From contig NC_007517.1 in NCBI RefSeq assembly GCF_000012925.1, positions 3,930,001-3,962,000 of the forward strand: a stretch of DNA of 32,000 nt. Reading direction: 5' to 3'. Shown here one piece after another: positions 22,533 to 32,000 of the stretch. Origin of the DNA: Geobacter metallireducens GS-15 (lineage in GTDB: Bacteria; Desulfobacterota; Desulfuromonadia; Geobacterales; Geobacteraceae). The position numbers and the translations under genes were made by a program. How positions within the stretch are numbered: the first letter of the stretch is position 1; each line of letters starts with the position of its first letter. Under the pieces are notes generated by a model that searched no databases, was not told where the DNA came from, and saw nothing but the letters and a program-made list of their open reading frames with translations.

Positions 22533-23298
22533 ACGCGAGTTTCTCAAGCGGAGCATGGTTGTCGTGGCCGGCATGGCGGTGCCGGCGGCGGCCCTACACC
22601 TCATCGACCCGAAACAGCTTCTGGCAGCAAAGCCGGAACTCCGCTGGGCCTTCCTGGTGGATGCCTACAAGTGCGTCGGCTGCGGATTCTGCGTCAAGGC
22701 GTGCAAACTGGAGAACGAGGTACCCTATGAGGCCAATGTTTCCCGCACCTGGGTGGAGCGCTATGTGGTGAAGAAGGACGGTGAAGTCCTGATAGACTCC
22801 CCCAAGGCGGCCCGGGATGGGTTCACCACGAAGAAAATCGAGGTGGGAGAAGGGAAGTTCCGGGAGGTGAAGGACGAGGAGATCGAGAAGGCCTTCTTTG
22901 TGCCGAAACTCTGCAACCAGTGCGAGAATCCCCCCTGCGTTCAGGTCTGTCCCGTGGGGGCCACCTACGCCACGGCGGACGGGGTGGTGCTCGTGGACCG
23001 GAAGTGGTGCATCGGCTGCGGTTACTGCATCATGGGGTGCCCCTACGGGGTCCGCTTCTTCCACCCGGTCCACAAGACGGCGGAGAAATGCAACTTCTGC
23101 TACCACCGGATCACCAAGGGGATGAAGTCGGCCTGCGTCGACGCCTGCCCCTTCGGGGCCCGGCAGATCGGCAACCTCCGGGACCCCGACGACCCGGTCA
23201 CCAAGGTGATCATGACCGAGCGGGTCGGCATCCTCAAGGAGGAGTACGGAACCAAGCCCCAGGTCTACTACATCGGCCTGTCCAAGGAGGTACGCTAG
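22525..23298 (+). CDS. Tat-exported 4Fe-4S ferredoxin-type subunit (NrfC/PsrB/HybA-like)
   Basis: Twin-arginine leader MNRREFLKRS. Four Cys clusters are present (CVGCGFCVKAC, CNQCENPPC, CIGCGYCIMGC, CNFC...C..C). The gene overlaps the cytochrome gene by 8 nt. Confidence 0.9.
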   Translation: MNRREFLKRSMVVVAGMAVPAAALHLIDPKQLLAAKPELRWAFLVDAYKCVGCGFCVKACKLENEVPYEANVSRTWVERYVVKKDGEVLIDSPKAARDGFTTKKIEVGEGKFREVKDEEIEKAFFVPKLCNQCENPPCVQVCPVGATYATADGVVLVDRKWCIGCGYCIMGCPYGVRFFHPVHKTAEKCNFCYHRITKGMKSACVDACPFGARQIGNLRDPDDPVTKVIMTERVGILKEEYGTKPQVYYIGLSKEVR

Positions 23299-23300
23299 CC

Positions 23301-24554
23301 ATGCTGCATGGGGAAGCCTGGACCGTTAAGGAGCTCTTCGTCTATCCCAACGAGTATATCTACTGGACCATCCAGATCGTCATGTACCCGTTCCTCACGG
23401 GTCTTGTGGCCGGGGCCTTCGTGCTGTCGTCCCTCTACCACGTCTTCGGCGTCACGAAGCTGAAGGAGATCGCCCGTTTCTCCCTGGTCTTTTCCTTCGC
23501 CCTACTCCCCTGCGCCCCCATGCCGCTCCTCCTCCACCTCCAGCAGCCCCAGCGGAACCTCAATGTCCTCATGACCCCCCACTTCACCTCGGCCATCGCC
23601 GCCTTCGGGATTGTCTTCCTCACCTACGGGATGATCGTCGCCTCGGAGCTCTGGTTCGTCTACCGTGGTTACTTCGTCACCACCGCCCGGGAGCTGCGCC
23701 TGAAGCCGAACCGCACCCTCTCCGAAACCTTCCTCATGGGCCTCTACTCGATCCTCGTGATGGGAGCCTGGGACGTGAGCCACCACGCCCTGGAGCAGGA
23801 CGAGAGGGCGGTGAAGATCCTGGCCGCGGTCGGCATTCCCGTGGCCTGCTTTCTCCATGGCTACGCCGGCTTCATCTTCGGCTCGGTGAAGGCCAACGCC
23901 CTCTGGATGACGCCGCTCATGCCGGTCATCTTCATCTGCTCGGCGGTGGTCTCGGGGATTGCCCTCTGCATTCTCACCTACGTCATCACCATGGAGCTGA
24001 GAAAACTCATCATTGCCTGGCGGTGGAAGGAGAACCCCTCCCTCCCCTCCCCCGGTGAACTGGGAGGGGTGGAGACCCAGGTGGTGACGATGACCTCCAG
24101 GTATCTCATCATGTTCCTCATCCTCGCCATCACCCTGGAGCTTCTCGACCTGATCTTCCGGGGGTACACGGCGGTCAAATCGTGGGATATCCTCCGAAGC
24201 GTCATCTACGGCAAGGACTTCACCTCAATCTTCATCCTCCAGTACGGGCTCGGGAACCTGGTTCCCTTCATCCTGTTCCTCATGCCGGGACTCACGGTCC
24301 GCCGGGCGGTGGTCGGGACGGTCCTCGTCCTCTTCGGGGTCTTCATGATGCGGTGGAACGTGGTCATCGGCGGCCAGGCCTTCTCCGCCTCCTTTGCCGG
24401 GTTCATGCACTATCACATGCCGATCTGGCCCCACGACATGGAGACCTTCAAGGAGGGGCTCTTCGGCGCCCTCATGGTGGGCTCTATCCCCTTCGCCCTC
24501 TTCTGGCTCCTTTCCCGCATCTTCCCAATCTTCGACCTGAAGGAACCCCACTGA
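23301..24554 (+). CDS. NrfD/PsrC-family integral membrane quinone-interacting subunit
   Basis: 417 aa starting MLHGEAWTVKELF and polytopic (about 10 hydrophobic segments). The ATG lies 10 nt after AAGGAGG and 2 nt after the FeS gene stop. The 22920 start in the track overlaps the FeS gene and was rejected. Confidence 0.85.
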   Translation: MLHGEAWTVKELFVYPNEYIYWTIQIVMYPFLTGLVAGAFVLSSLYHVFGVTKLKEIARFSLVFSFALLPCAPMPLLLHLQQPQRNLNVLMTPHFTSAIAAFGIVFLTYGMIVASELWFVYRGYFVTTARELRLKPNRTLSETFLMGLYSILVMGAWDVSHHALEQDERAVKILAAVGIPVACFLHGYAGFIFGSVKANALWMTPLMPVIFICSAVVSGIALCILTYVITMELRKLIIAWRWKENPSLPSPGELGGVETQVVTMTSRYLIMFLILAITLELLDLIFRGYTAVKSWDILRSVIYGKDFTSIFILQYGLGNLVPFILFLMPGLTVRRAVVGTVLVLFGVFMMRWNVVIGGQAFSASFAGFMHYHMPIWPHDMETFKEGLFGALMVGSIPFALFWLLSRIFPIFDLKEPH

Positions 24555-24575
24555 CCTCTCCCCGTTCTTCGGCAC

Positions 24576-24602
24576 AAAAAAGGGCGGCCTGCATGGCCGC
24601 CC
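24576..24602 (-). terminator. rho-independent terminator for the minus-strand gene 24664-25101
   Basis: GGGCGGCC-tgcat-GGCCGCCC, preceded on the plus strand by AAAAAA, which is a U-run on the minus strand. Confidence 0.6.
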
Positions 24603-24619
24603 GGAGAAAGGACGTTCGG

Positions 24620-24657
24620 AGAGGGCTCGCGCCGGATGATGCGAGCAACCCTCTTTT
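24620..24657 (+). terminator. terminator-like hairpin plus T-run for the cytochrome/FeS/NrfD operon
   Basis: AGAGGGCTCGC-N10-GCGAG(caa)CCCTCT, followed by TTT. Confidence 0.45.
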
Positions 24658-24663
24658 CCGGCT

Positions 24664-25101
24664 TTACGCCAGGGTCTTCGCTTCCCGTTCCACGATCTCG
24701 ATGATCTCGCGGTAGATGGCAATCATGACGCCGATCTCACGCCACTTCTTCGCCACCATCCTGAGCAGAGACAAAGCGTGGACCAACGTGCCGGAAAAAA
24801 CGAAGATTCCGGCGATTCGGGTATCCTCGTTTCCCATCATGTAGCAGGAGACGACCCCCACGGTGATCATGGAGGCAAACCACGCCAGTTCCGGACCCTT
24901 GAAGGGGTTCTCCATGAGCGTAAGGAAATCAACATAGTAGCGGGAAAGCCCCCGCACCTTCTTGAGGAATTCAGCCAGCTCGTCCCCTGCATATCTCAGG
25001 TATGCATAGGAGATGAACCGGTCCGCCGCCGACTTTTTCCCCGTTTTCATCCGCTCGTTCACGTACTTGTCAATAGCCTCATCAATAACTGTCGTGTCCA
25101 T
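24664..25101 (-). CDS. hypothetical two-TM membrane protein
   Basis: MDTTVIDEAIDKYVNERMKTGKK... has two hydrophobic segments (LAWFASMITVGVVSCYMM and IAGIFVFSGTLVHALSLL). The start is uncertain (ATG 25212 is also open). Confidence 0.5.
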   Translation of the reverse strand: MDTTVIDEAIDKYVNERMKTGKKSAADRFISYAYLRYAGDELAEFLKKVRGLSRYYVDFLTLMENPFKGPELAWFASMITVGVVSCYMMGNEDTRIAGIFVFSGTLVHALSLLRMVAKKWREIGVMIAIYREIIEIVEREAKTLA

Positions 25102-25547
25102 AAACCCACCCTTCTGTCTACTGTCCACTTCAAGACGTATAACAGGTCGGGAAATTTTCCCGCAACCACTGGCCTGGCAAAGAATTGACGACGCATTTTC
25201 GACGTCTTCCATGTTCCTTTGCGCAGAATTAAACTACACAAATCGTGCCAGCAGATGCCCGCTTCGCATCTTATGGTTTTTTCTTCAGTGGTTACAGGCA
25301 GTTCGGGCAATGTTCCTTATGTGTATATCATTTTACTACAGTTTCATATTTTACATCATATCAGGTCACATTATATTTCTGTTAACACGCGGATCGTTGT
25401 ACGGCGGGCATTTACATCTGGAGGAGGGACAGTGACGCGGCATCGGGCATTTCGCAGCGGCGCGAAGCGCCCCAGCACATTTTCGTAGCGATGCGAAAAA
25501 GGAGAGATGTGTCGGAGGGGCAGCCGGGCCGCCCCTCCAGAAATGAG

Positions 25548-26153
25548 CTAATTGAAGAAAAATCTTACACCCACGGTACCGGCAACGCCGCTCGGGTCAA
25601 AATTTCCCGGTCTGCCTTCCGCCGTCATGTCGACCTCGGGAGCAATAACCCCTTTGACCTCGGCGTTCAACACAAGCTGTCTGGTGACGAAATAATCAAC
25701 ACCCCCGTTGACATGGACTCCAACTCCCGTGTCCACATGGGCCTTTGTGCCCGAAGGGCGCGTATAATCGATCAGCAGGATGTCGAGACCACCCCCTGCG
25801 TAAGGGACAAACTTGGATTGGGGCAACAGGAATCGATACTGCCCCCCCAGGGAGACGTTCACAACCTCAAAGTCCCCCTCGTCCAGTCCCGAAACGCGGT
25901 TGGAGCCGAATTCGGTATGCGTCACGTCGATCTCGGCCGCTATGTTATCGGTAATGCCGTAGATCACCCCGCCTCCGCCGATGAACCCGACGTCGGTCTC
26001 CAACTTGCGGTCGTCAAAATCACTCTCGGCAGGGAGGTAAACACCGAGCCGCCCCGTAACGCCCAACTTTCCCTTGATGCTGTCGGCCAGCGCCGTGCCG
26101 CTGAGGCCGGCAACAGCCACAACAATCCATGCCACGGTTACCAATCGCTTCAT
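25548..26153 (-). CDS. small outer-membrane beta-barrel protein (OmpW/OmpA-barrel-like)
   Basis: Signal peptide MKRLVTVAWIVVAVAGLSGTALA, alternating amphipathic strands, and the C-terminus VGVRFFFN. SD AAGGAGGAG. Confidence 0.7.
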   Translation of the reverse strand: MKRLVTVAWIVVAVAGLSGTALADSIKGKLGVTGRLGVYLPAESDFDDRKLETDVGFIGGGGVIYGITDNIAAEIDVTHTEFGSNRVSGLDEGDFEVVNVSLGGQYRFLLPQSKFVPYAGGGLDILLIDYTRPSGTKAHVDTGVGVHVNGGVDYFVTRQLVLNAEVKGVIAPEVDMTAEGRPGNFDPSGVAGTVGVRFFFN

Positions 26154-26193
26154 CCTTTCTCCTCCTTGATTAGAATGTGCTGGCGCACCGTCT

Positions 26194-26847
26194 TCACGCC
26201 ATGTCGATGACCGTCTTCACCGCCTTCTCGATCCCTTCGGCCGCTTCAGAGATCCGGTTGGCAAGCATGTAGGCGGGGGTGGTGACAATCTTGTTCTCCC
26301 GGTCCACCACAAATTCCGTAACTGGACAATCAACATGCTCGCTCCCCGTAGCGGCAATTGCTGCCGCCGTGCCGGCGTCGGTCCCGATGGTCACTTTCGG
26401 CTTGTAGTCACGGCCGAGGGTTGCGGCGATGAGAGCCGGAGCGATGCAGATGGCGCCAATGGGCTTCTTCGCGAGGGCCATCTCCCGGATAAGCCGCGCC
26501 ACCTCGGGATGGATGGCCGCATCTGCCCCCTTCTCCGCGAAATTGCAAAGGTTCTTTGCCGCCCCGAAACCGCCGGGAAAGACGACGGCATCCAGGTCGG
26601 CAGCCGCAATCTCCGCCACGTTCCTGATCTTGCCGCGTGCGATCCGGGCCGACTCCACGAGGGTATTGCGGACGGCGCCGGTCTCCTGGGAGGTGAGATG
26701 GTTCACCTCGCGAAATTCCATGTCGGGCGCCAGGCATACCGCCTCTGCCCCGTTCCGGTCGATGGCAAGCAGGGTAAAAACCGCCTCGTGAATCTCACTA
26801 CCGTCGTAAACACCACAGCCGGAAAGGACAACTCCGATTTTCTTCAT
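26194..26847 (-). CDS. elbB: DJ-1/PfpI-family isoprenoid biosynthesis glyoxalase ElbB
   Basis: MKKIGVVLSGCGVYDGSEIHEAVFTLLAIDRNGAE..., FPGGFGAAKNLC, PIGAICIAP. Confidence 0.85.
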   Translation of the reverse strand: MKKIGVVLSGCGVYDGSEIHEAVFTLLAIDRNGAEAVCLAPDMEFREVNHLTSQETGAVRNTLVESARIARGKIRNVAEIAAADLDAVVFPGGFGAAKNLCNFAEKGADAAIHPEVARLIREMALAKKPIGAICIAPALIAATLGRDYKPKVTIGTDAGTAAAIAATGSEHVDCPVTEFVVDRENKIVTTPAYMLANRISEAAEGIEKAVKTVIDMA

Positions 26848-27023
26848 GCGCTCTCCTCCTTGTTTTCGTTGCGGGATGGCGGACGCCGGTCATATCTGGC
26901 GTGAATGGAGTAATAGAGGGTACCAAAGTGGAGTAAAGTGTAATCCCTCTCCCCCCTCTCCGCAAGGATGATTTTTACACGCTTGTGTCAATTACTGGAG
27001 GAAAAGGCTTACAGGAGGAGAGA

Positions 27024-27539
27024 TCAGATACCGGCCGATGGTGCGCGACGGGCCTTCTTTTTCCGTGTGCGGAGATCGGCGAAAAAACCGCTCAGGATTG
27101 CGGAACATTCCTCTTCCCGCACCCGGGAAGTGAGTTCAACCCGGTGATTGAGCCGGCGGTCATCGGAGAGGTCGTAGAGGGAACCGGCCGCGCCTCCCTT
27201 GGGATCATGGCAGCCGAAGACCACCCGGTCGAACCGGGCGAGGATGATGGCCCCCATGCACATGAGGCACGGCTCAAGGGTCACATAGAGAACGCATCCC
27301 GTAAGGCGCCAGCACCCGAGTCGCCTGGCGGCCTGACGGATGGCTATCATTTCGGCGTGGGCCGAGGGGTCCTGCTTATTTTCCCGCAGGTTGTGCCCAC
27401 GACCGATTACTGCGCCATTTCTGACAACGACAGCACCAATGGGGACCTCGTCCCGGGCAGCGGCCTTTTCCGCTTCTCGCAGGGCCTTCCCCATCCAGTA
27501 GCTGTCGTCCCGCACTCCCTCGGCTTTACGGCGAACCAT
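27024..27539 (-). CDS. tadA: tRNA adenosine(34) deaminase
   Basis: The CDA-fold zinc motifs HAEMIAI and TLEPCLMCMGAI, plus VPIGAVVV near the N-terminus. Confidence 0.9.
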   Translation of the reverse strand: MVRRKAEGVRDDSYWMGKALREAEKAAARDEVPIGAVVVRNGAVIGRGHNLRENKQDPSAHAEMIAIRQAARRLGCWRLTGCVLYVTLEPCLMCMGAIILARFDRVVFGCHDPKGGAAGSLYDLSDDRRLNHRVELTSRVREEECSAILSGFFADLRTRKKKARRAPSAGI

Positions 27540-27562
27540 CCGATCCGGTTCCTCTCCGTCGG

Positions 27563-28645
27563 TTATTGATACTGAACGTACAGGGGCTTCGGATCCAGCA
27601 TGAGCACCTCGCGAGGGGTCATCATCGGGTCTCCCTTCTTGGTGTCATTGTGGTAGAAAAGCTTGAACCCCGTATACTGGACCGGCTCTGCCACGATATA
27701 GTCGGCATAGGAATCGCGCTTCAGCGAAGGTGCGCCCCAGCCGTCCATGTGCATGACGATCTGCACTTCGGGCCGGAGGGTGATTTTGCGTGCATTGGTG
27801 ACGCCGTTGCGGGTAAAGCGATGTACCGTCAGCACCTTGGGAGGGAGGTTATTGGTCTTTACCAGGCGGCTGAGATACTCGGTGACGTAGTTGATATCGG
27901 CAGCATCGTAGGTGCCGATTTTCGTCCCCGGCTTCGCCCCGCTTTTGACAAGGTTAAATTCAGGATCGATGCCCAGATGAACGTCGGGATTTTTCAGGAG
28001 CCACTCGAAGCGCGGCAGAAGCGTCCTGATGTTCTCGTGCCCCGTCTGGATATCGATAAACATGAGGGCATTGGCCTCCCGTGCCCATTCATGCACCTGA
28101 TTCACCACGTCATCCGGCATGACCATCCGGTATTTGCCACTCTTGCCAGGGTCACCCTGGGCTACCACTGCAATAAGATGAAGGGCCGGTTGCACCGGCT
28201 TCGAGGGGTCCGCCTTTTCCCAGCGGGACACCTCTTCCTTCAAGCGCCGCAGCATGTCATCCTTCGGATGTTCGCCCAGCGCCCCCATCTTCTTTGAAAG
28301 CGGATTCCCGTAATAGGCAACGATGCGCCTCCCGGGAAGGATCGCCCCCGGCAACGGGTTGGGGCTCTTCACGGGCCATCCGGCCTGCGCGGCCACCTCG
28401 GGGTTCTCGCCGGTCCGGTACCGGTTCTTCGGCGTGGCAACCCTCGAACTGGAAACAGGTTTAAAGCGTGGCTCTTCTGGTTGGGGAGGAGGAGCAACCG
28501 TCTTCTTTCCAGCAATCGCCGTTGACTCCAACGTCTCAACGGAACGACTGCTCTCCTGTTGTGCCTTGTTGAACTTGCATCCTGGCAGAACGGACAGCAG
28601 GAAGAGAACGCCGCACGCCGCAACGGCTACAACCCGGCGCCGCAT
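27563..28645 (-). CDS. lipoprotein of unknown function
   Basis: MRRRVVAVAACGVLFLLSVLPGCKFN has a lipobox (LPGC). A low-complexity linker is followed by a globular domain of about 270 aa. Neither candidate start (28645, 28678) has a good SD. Confidence 0.6.
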   Translation of the reverse strand: MRRRVVAVAACGVLFLLSVLPGCKFNKAQQESSRSVETLESTAIAGKKTVAPPPQPEEPRFKPVSSSRVATPKNRYRTGENPEVAAQAGWPVKSPNPLPGAILPGRRIVAYYGNPLSKKMGALGEHPKDDMLRRLKEEVSRWEKADPSKPVQPALHLIAVVAQGDPGKSGKYRMVMPDDVVNQVHEWAREANALMFIDIQTGHENIRTLLPRFEWLLKNPDVHLGIDPEFNLVKSGAKPGTKIGTYDAADINYVTEYLSRLVKTNNLPPKVLTVHRFTRNGVTNARKITLRPEVQIVMHMDGWGAPSLKRDSYADYIVAEPVQYTGFKLFYHNDTKKGDPMMTPREVLMLDPKPLYVQYQ

Positions 28646-28793
28646 GTAGGGGATATGTGATTTCACGTATGACTCCATCAAGAGAACAGTAGCTATGAAC
28701 AACTCGTCAAGGCATAAGACTAGCAGGTTTCGTACCATTTCGGCCACATTCATCGCTCAACCGGTCACGCTGTCAGGTGGGCGCCCCACGCCT

Positions 28794-28833
28794 GAAAAGA
28801 AGAGGGGTTACGGCTCTTGCCGTAACCCCTCTT
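28794..28833 (-). terminator. rho-independent terminator after tRNA-Arg
   Basis: A 13-bp perfect stem AGAGGGGTTACGG / CCGTAACCCCTCT with a 6-nt loop. On the minus strand it is followed by TCTTTTC. Confidence 0.8.
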
Positions 28834-28840
28834 GTAAAAA

Positions 28841-28917
28841 TGGCGCGCTCGAAGAGATTCGAACTCCTGACCCCCAGATTCGTAGTCTGGTGCTCTATCC
28901 AGCTGAGCTACGAGCGC
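28841..28917 (-). tRNA. tRNA-Arg (anticodon ACG)
   Basis: The reverse complement GCGCTCGTAGCTCAGCTGGATAGAGCACCAGACTACGAATCTGGGGGTCAGGAGTTCGAATCTCTTCGAGCGCGCCA folds as a 77-nt cloverleaf. The anticodon loop is CUACGAA and CCA is encoded. Confidence 0.95.
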
Positions 28918-28924
28918 GCATGCA

Positions 28925-29416
28925 TTAACTGGCAGGAATGAAATCCACCAGCGTAAAACCGTACTTGGGATGACTGAATGAATGGGTCGTCGGATACAGC
29001 GAAAAAAGCCATCCCTTGAAAACTTCTTTTCCACCTTCAATGATTCGGATCTGGGCTGCCGGGTTTTTCGGCTCATTGGACTGGGACGTCAGGGTCGTTC
29101 CATCCATGGTAAATTGGGGGAGGAACGTGTCCACCGCAATGGTAAGTCCCGAGCCGGGAATTGCAAGCTGAGAGCCGATATTTACCGTGTAAACGGCTTC
29201 CTTGTTGACAGCCTTATCCGTGACGGCGATCTTGACCGCTTTCCACTTCCCCTTGACGCTTTCAGGGACGACAACTACCGATTCTTTCTTTTTTGTCGCC
29301 GCCTCCCCATGGGGAGATGCCATTCCCTCAGGCTTTGCTTCTTCCTTCTTGCTGCAACCGGCAACCGCTGCCATTACCATGGCAACTACCACAAAGAGCC
29401 TGAAAACCGACCCCAC
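28925..29416 (-). CDS. small lipoprotein (DUF2155-like, tentative)
   Basis: GTG start with GAGGAGG upstream. MGSVFRLFVVVAMVMAAVAGCSKKEE contains a lipobox. The family assignment is from memory only. Confidence 0.6.
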   Translation of the reverse strand: MGSVFRLFVVVAMVMAAVAGCSKKEEAKPEGMASPHGEAATKKKESVVVVPESVKGKWKAVKIAVTDKAVNKEAVYTVNIGSQLAIPGSGLTIAVDTFLPQFTMDGTTLTSQSNEPKNPAAQIRIIEGGKEVFKGWLFSLYPTTHSFSHPKYGFTLVDFIPAS

Positions 29417-29465
29417 AAGGCCTCCTCAATCCGAATCGCGCCGGCACCGCCGTCGCGCTGTCAAC

Positions 29466-29558
29466 TGGCGGAGAGAGAGGGATTCGAACCCTCGATACCG
29501 GTTTCCCAGTATACTCGCTTAGCAGGCGAGCGCCTTCGACCTACTCGGCCATCTCTCC
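29466..29558 (-). tRNA. tRNA-Ser (anticodon GCU)
   Basis: The reverse complement is GGAGAGATGGCCGAGTAGGTCGAAGGCGCTCGCCTGCTAAGCGAG...GAGGGTTCGAATCCCTCTCTCTCCGCCA, 93 nt with a long variable arm and CCA encoded. Confidence 0.95.
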
Positions 29559-29578
29559 CTTAAACTCATATCTGATAA

Positions 29579-29664
29579 TGGCGGAGGAGGTAGGATTCGA
29601 ACCCACGGAACTTTCGTTCAACGGTTTTCAAGACCGCCGCCTTAAACCACTCGGCCACTCCTCC
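29579..29664 (-). tRNA. tRNA-Ser (anticodon UGA)
   Basis: The reverse complement is GGAGGAGTGGCCGAGTGGTTTAAGGCGGCGGTCTTGAAAACCGT...GTGGGTTCGAATCCTACCTCCTCCGCCA, 86 nt with a long variable arm and CCA encoded. Confidence 0.9.
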
Positions 29665-29758
29665 GGGAGTCCAACCGATCCAACCTTATTATCCGCCCTA
29701 CGCAGCCACACGGAACGTCCTGTTTAGCATACTTTCCGTGGTCACGCAATTAATTTTT

Positions 29759-31084
29759 GGTTCATCCGGGAATTCCGGGGAAAGCGGCCCTGATCTTGAG
29801 AAAGAAGTATTCGTGATCCCGGAAGCCGTAGGCCATTCTTTTGATCACCTTGATCTTGTTATTGATGCCTTCGAGGATTCCGGTGTGAAGGGGCCAGAGG
29901 CAGTGATTGAGGATTCCTTGGAGATAGCCCTTTAGCCGGCGGGCAAACAGGATGAGTGGCGGTATTCCACTCTCCATCGCCCTTTGGTGCCACTGCTCCC
30001 AGAATAGTCCCGCCTCTTCAATGCAGGTAAACTTCCACAGTTGCTTCAGATCGTCTTTGAGCAGGTAGACCGTAAGGAGGCTGCGGTTTGCCTCCAACAG
30101 TTCCTGGAGGCGAAGCATGTCGTCGCCCTTGACGTTCTCGCTGTTTCGTAGCAGCAACCACCGCGATGTTTTGACTACCTTCCGTGCCTTCTTGTCTTCC
30201 TTCAGGCGGTTTGCCTCATCGACTCGCACCCTGTCGATCACTTCCCTGCCATACTTCGCCACCACATGGAACAGGTCGTAGACTATGTCTGCCTGGGGCG
30301 AGTGCTGCTTGATTTCCTCCTCATATGATGCGTTCATATCCATCACGACCGCTTTGAGCCGTTTACAGCCATGTGGGCCAAGCTGCGTGAAGAAAGGACG
30401 GATACTCTCGCGACTCCTGCCTTTGCCGATCCATAAGACTTCCTTACGGTATGGCTCGATGATAACCGTCGCATAGCGGTGCCCCTTGTGAAGGGCGAAC
30501 TCATCCATCCCGAGAACTTCGATGTTTGAGAGGTCGACGGTGCCGACCCGCTCTGTGAGTGAGCGCTTGTCGATTTCCTTCACCTGGTCCCAAGAAAGCC
30601 CCAGATACTGCGCCACGTGCTTCACAGACACGACACCACACAGTCGCGCTACGCTCTCTGCAAGCCTGCGCGTCACGCGGGCGTATTTCGCCAGCCATGA
30701 CAGACGCTCCAGCGTTGGCCCACACTGAGGGCACAGCAGCCTGCGGCGGTGAACGATCAGATAAGTCTGAGCATCGAGAATCGGCAAATCTCGAATTACG
30801 CGCTTGGTCGTTTCATGGACGCTTGTGCAACGCCCACCGCACGAGCCACACACCATCTCATCCTGGGACAGGGCAATCAGTTCTACCTCGATCCGTTTGG
30901 CATCACTTGTGACGATAGTGCGTGCCCCAGCAACACGATATCCTTCCCACCCTCCCGCAATTGCGATAACATCGGAATACGACAACGGCAGCCTCCTGCG
31001 ATCTTTTTTGGTTGGGGAACCATCAAGATACCGCAGTGCTGCCGTTGTTGTTTATTAATCTTCCCCGGAATTCCCTGAAGAACC
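29759..31084 (-). mobile_element. intact ISL3-family insertion sequence (1326 bp)
   Basis: Terminal inverted repeats GGTTCATCCGGGAATTCCGGGGAA (29759-29782) and the reverse complement of 31061-31084 (GGTTCTTCAGGGAATTCCGGGGAA) match at 22 of 24 positions. A perfect 8-bp target duplication TAATTTTT lies at 29751-29758 and 31085-31092. A single transposase ORF fills the element. Confidence 0.9.
29762..30985 (-). CDS. ISL3-family transposase
   Basis: 407 aa with an N-terminal zinc-finger-like CGSCGG...CPQCG and a core with DEFALHKGHRYATVI, AVVMDMNASY and DLFHVV. TTG start 6 nt after AGGAGG. The stop lies inside the left inverted repeat. Confidence 0.9.
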   Translation of the reverse strand: MSYSDVIAIAGGWEGYRVAGARTIVTSDAKRIEVELIALSQDEMVCGSCGGRCTSVHETTKRVIRDLPILDAQTYLIVHRRRLLCPQCGPTLERLSWLAKYARVTRRLAESVARLCGVVSVKHVAQYLGLSWDQVKEIDKRSLTERVGTVDLSNIEVLGMDEFALHKGHRYATVIIEPYRKEVLWIGKGRSRESIRPFFTQLGPHGCKRLKAVVMDMNASYEEEIKQHSPQADIVYDLFHVVAKYGREVIDRVRVDEANRLKEDKKARKVVKTSRWLLLRNSENVKGDDMLRLQELLEANRSLLTVYLLKDDLKQLWKFTCIEEAGLFWEQWHQRAMESGIPPLILFARRLKGYLQGILNHCLWPLHTGILEGINNKIKVIKRMAYGFRDHEYFFLKIRAAFPGIPG

Positions 31085-31101
31085 TAATTTTTTCACCGCA
31101 T

Positions 31102-32000
<899 letters not shown>

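Noticed and set aside
22920-23300. N-terminal extension of the NrfD-like ORF, and the overlapping ORFs 22559-22771 and 22898-23125.
   Set aside because: They overlap the FeS-subunit gene in other frames with Arg/Pro/Gly-rich translations. ATG 23301 follows AAGGAGG and begins the hydrophobic protein.

Overview
High-GC (about 60%) chromosomal window, probably from a Geobacter-like deltaproteobacterium. That assignment is inferred from the membrane multiheme cytochrome / FeS / NrfD module, a selenoprotein candidate, sigma-54-type promoters and a small Geobacter-type conserved protein; no search was run. Left to right: a lipoprotein gene fragment; a MITE-like element; two tandem small membrane-peptide paralogs; threonine aldolase (-). 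Next comes a compact RiPP-like cluster (+): a B12-binding radical SAM enzyme with a fused C-terminal PqqD/RRE-like domain, a 41-aa precursor-like ORF whose C-terminal 26 residues are five tandem A-C-H-x-P pentapeptides, and an M19 dipeptidase. It is followed by a five-gene heavy-metal RND efflux operon: a Cys/His-rich secreted protein, an outer membrane factor, a His-rich adaptor, the RND pump and a coupled lipoprotein. After that: a CGGC-domain protein; a fused proline dehydrogenase / P5C dehydrogenase; an outer-membrane barrel plus large lipoprotein pair; an AT-rich ORF-poor gap; and a small conserved protein. Then a peroxiredoxin-like gene with an in-frame TGA at the catalytic Cys position (selenocysteine candidate) overlapping a beta-carbonic anhydrase, and a tetraheme cytochrome c / 4Fe-4S / NrfD-like quinol oxidoreductase module. 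The right end carries housekeeping genes (elbB, tadA), tRNA-Arg(ACG), two tRNA-Ser genes, an intact ISL3-family IS with an 8-bp target duplication, and the 3' part of serS. The best candidate for an undescribed system is the rSAM / ACHxP-repeat peptide / dipeptidase cluster at 2975-6246, which sits directly upstream of the metal efflux operon. Many long ORFs in the track are GC-rich shadow frames and were not called.
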